IMG/VR virus record: IMGVR_UViG_3300016659_000028
Span: 1 to 46,630 of that record
Direction: 5' to 3' (one strand)
Source: a virus
Taxonomy: Duplodnaviria; Caudoviricetes
Length of the DNA stretch: 46,630 bases
The stretch's first letter is position 1. Each line of letters starts with the position of its first letter. Both the position numbers and the translations under genes were made by a program. The notes under the pieces are model-generated. The model saw only the letters and a list, made by a program, of their open reading frames with translations, had not been told where the DNA came from and made no database searches. Of the stretch, positions 45,284 to 46,630 are shown one piece after another.

Positions 45284-45295
45284 AAGGCTTACGAT
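45267..45295 (+). promoter_or_regulatory. sigma70-type promoter
   Basis: TTGACG-17 nt-TACGAT, 21 nt before ATG 45317. Confidence 0.65.
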
Positions 45296-45316
45296 GCCTG
45301 GGCACCACTAGCAACA

Positions 45317-45721
45317 ATGAACCACCCTGCCCCTTCCATCGCTTCCTATTTCCCTGCTGAATACAACGAAAAGCAGCAAACGGTGGTGGTGCCACGAGCT
45401 TTGCACGGCGATGCGAAAGAGATTGGCCAAGAAGAGCCATTGCCTCATCCAGCATGGGGGAAGATTCGCTCTCGTGGGGAGCAACTCATTTTGGTCACGT
45501 CTGATTTAAGCGATGTGGAAGAATTGGCAGATTTTGCGCTAGTGGAATTACATGAACCAAGACGCCAACCCAATAAGCTCCGAAAGGACGCCTGTAAAGC
45601 CCTCCTAGATCGCTGCCATCGCATTGCTGAACTAGAAATCATTGGCGATTATCACGTTATGGCTAAGGCTTGGAGGTCATCCCCGCTAGTGGGAGCCAAG
45701 TTTGCCTATAAGGATGCCTAA
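45317..45721 (+). CDS. hypothetical protein
   Basis: 134 aa ORF with an upstream promoter. Confidence 0.6.
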   Translation: MNHPAPSIASYFPAEYNEKQQTVVVPRALHGDAKEIGQEEPLPHPAWGKIRSRGEQLILVTSDLSDVEELADFALVELHEPRRQPNKLRKDACKALLDRCHRIAELEIIGDYHVMAKAWRSSPLVGAKFAYKDA

Positions 45722-45743
45722 TGGTCTCTTCGCTCCTCCCTTG

Positions 45744-45772
45744 TTGACACCAGCGCAAAATGGGGCCACAAT
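45744..45772 (+). promoter_or_regulatory. sigma70-type promoter
   Basis: TTGACA-17 nt-CACAAT; shares TGGGGC before the -10 box with the promoter at 43740-43768. Confidence 0.7.
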
Positions 45773-45835
45773 GGGCGCAGGTCTGGGGGACAGCCTCGTC
45801 CTCAGCCTGTGCTCAACTTTCTTGGACTACTAGCA

Positions 45836-46249
45836 ATGATCATCAACGGCAACAACTTCGCTAACAGCATCCAAGGCTCTGCCCAATCCGACATCATTAA
45901 CGGTGGTGCTGGTAATGATGAACTCCTTGGAGGCGGTGCTGCTGACACTTTCTTGTTCAGCCACTCCGGCCAGAAACATGCTGATTTCATTCTGGACTAT
46001 CAGGCCGGCATTGACCGCATCGCCATTGATGCTGCCGCATTCGGCCTGACCGCCGGCCAGGCGTTCAGCTACGTCGAAGGTGCCAAGGCGCCTGCTGCCC
46101 TGCCGACATTCCTCCGCCAAGGCAGTGCCGGCACTGCGCAGAGGATCCTGTTTGATCCCGATGGCACCGGCCCTGCGAGGGCTGGCATGATCTGCCATTT
46201 CAATCCCTTCGCCGGCCGTACGACCGCCGCTGACTTCGCAATCCTCTGA
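45836..46249 (+). CDS. small RTX (hemolysin-type Ca-binding) repeat protein
   Basis: DIINGGAGNDELLGGGAADTFLF, D.I.DY..G.D.I and LFDPDGTG...DF C-terminus. Confidence 0.8.
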   Translation: MIINGNNFANSIQGSAQSDIINGGAGNDELLGGGAADTFLFSHSGQKHADFILDYQAGIDRIAIDAAAFGLTAGQAFSYVEGAKAPAALPTFLRQGSAGTAQRILFDPDGTGPARAGMICHFNPFAGRTTAADFAIL

Positions 46250-46302
46250 GGACCAGGCCCGCCCGGAGCCTATCCGGGGCAACATTCAACAGTGATATCA
46301 CC

Positions 46303-46593
46303 ATGGAAACAATCACTCTCAACGGAATTGAATACATGCCTGTCGCACGGGCAGGCAATCGCGCTGTGGTCGTCATTGATCGCGGCTGGATTTACGCGGG
46401 AGACGTAACCCGCAAAGATGGACGCATCTACCTGTCGCGTTGCGTATGGGTATTCAAGTGGGCCTCCTGCGGTTTTGGCGCAGTCATTGACGACCCCAGC
46501 AAAGCCGACATTCGGCCTCACGCAGACATTGACATCCCCGCTGGGGCTGAAATCTTCAGCGTGCCGGTCTCTGATGACTGGGGGCTGAAATGA
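46303..46593 (+). CDS. hypothetical phage protein (DUF6948-like Sm/SH3 fold)
   Basis: ITLNG+EY.P, VV.DRGW+YAG and +.KW....G motifs. Confidence 0.65.
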   Translation: METITLNGIEYMPVARAGNRAVVVIDRGWIYAGDVTRKDGRIYLSRCVWVFKWASCGFGAVIDDPSKADIRPHADIDIPAGAEIFSVPVSDDWGLK

Positions 46594-46630
46594 TCGTCGG
46601 CTACGGCTATGGCAATGGCTATGGCTATGG
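46590..46630 (+). CDS. Gly-rich GYGxG repeat protein (3'-truncated)
   Basis: ATGA overlap with the upstream gene; reads MIVGYGYGNGYGYG to the window end. Confidence 0.6.
   Translation, partial: MIVGYGYGNGYGY

Noticed and set aside
1-46630. Alternative genetic code, tRNA genes or a prophage attachment/integration module
   Set aside because: Genes tile densely under the standard code using all three stop codons, and no cloverleaf, integrase or host flanking genes were recognised. A temperate lifestyle cannot be excluded from this partial window.

Overview
The window is a gene-dense, incomplete segment of a long-tailed (siphovirus-type) phage genome. The host is most likely a picocyanobacterium (Synechococcus/Cyanobium-like), inferred from the pentapeptide-repeat and RTX-type genes, the ThyX variant and the endolysin architecture. 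It begins inside a head gene and continues on the + strand through the head module (DUF2213-like maturation/scaffold, decoration, major capsid), neck, tail tube, -1 frameshifted tail chaperone, a 1777-aa tape measure and a lambda-like tail tip. A ~13 kb block of accessory virion, fibre and spike genes follows. Next come a minus-strand lysis cassette (the supplied ORF track gives the endolysin the wrong strand), nucleotide metabolism genes (thyX, dcd, DUF3310-like), recombination and replication genes (SSB-like, exonuclease, Sak3-like annealase, primase-helicase) and a divergently transcribed early/accessory region. No portal, large terminase, integrase, tRNA or CRISPR array was seen. Main unexplained signals: (1) strong protein-level enrichment of the dipeptide Ser-Gly confined to putative surface-exposed virion proteins, resembling a modification sequon; (2) TAnnnT-type -10 boxes exactly 21 nt upstream of ten start codons; (3) a tandem pair of HxD..H dioxygenase-like paralogues inside the recombination operon; (4) a stand-alone RTX/T1SS-signal mini-protein; (5) a possible divergent NblA-like protein. 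All product calls come from motif recognition by eye, and all counts were made by hand.
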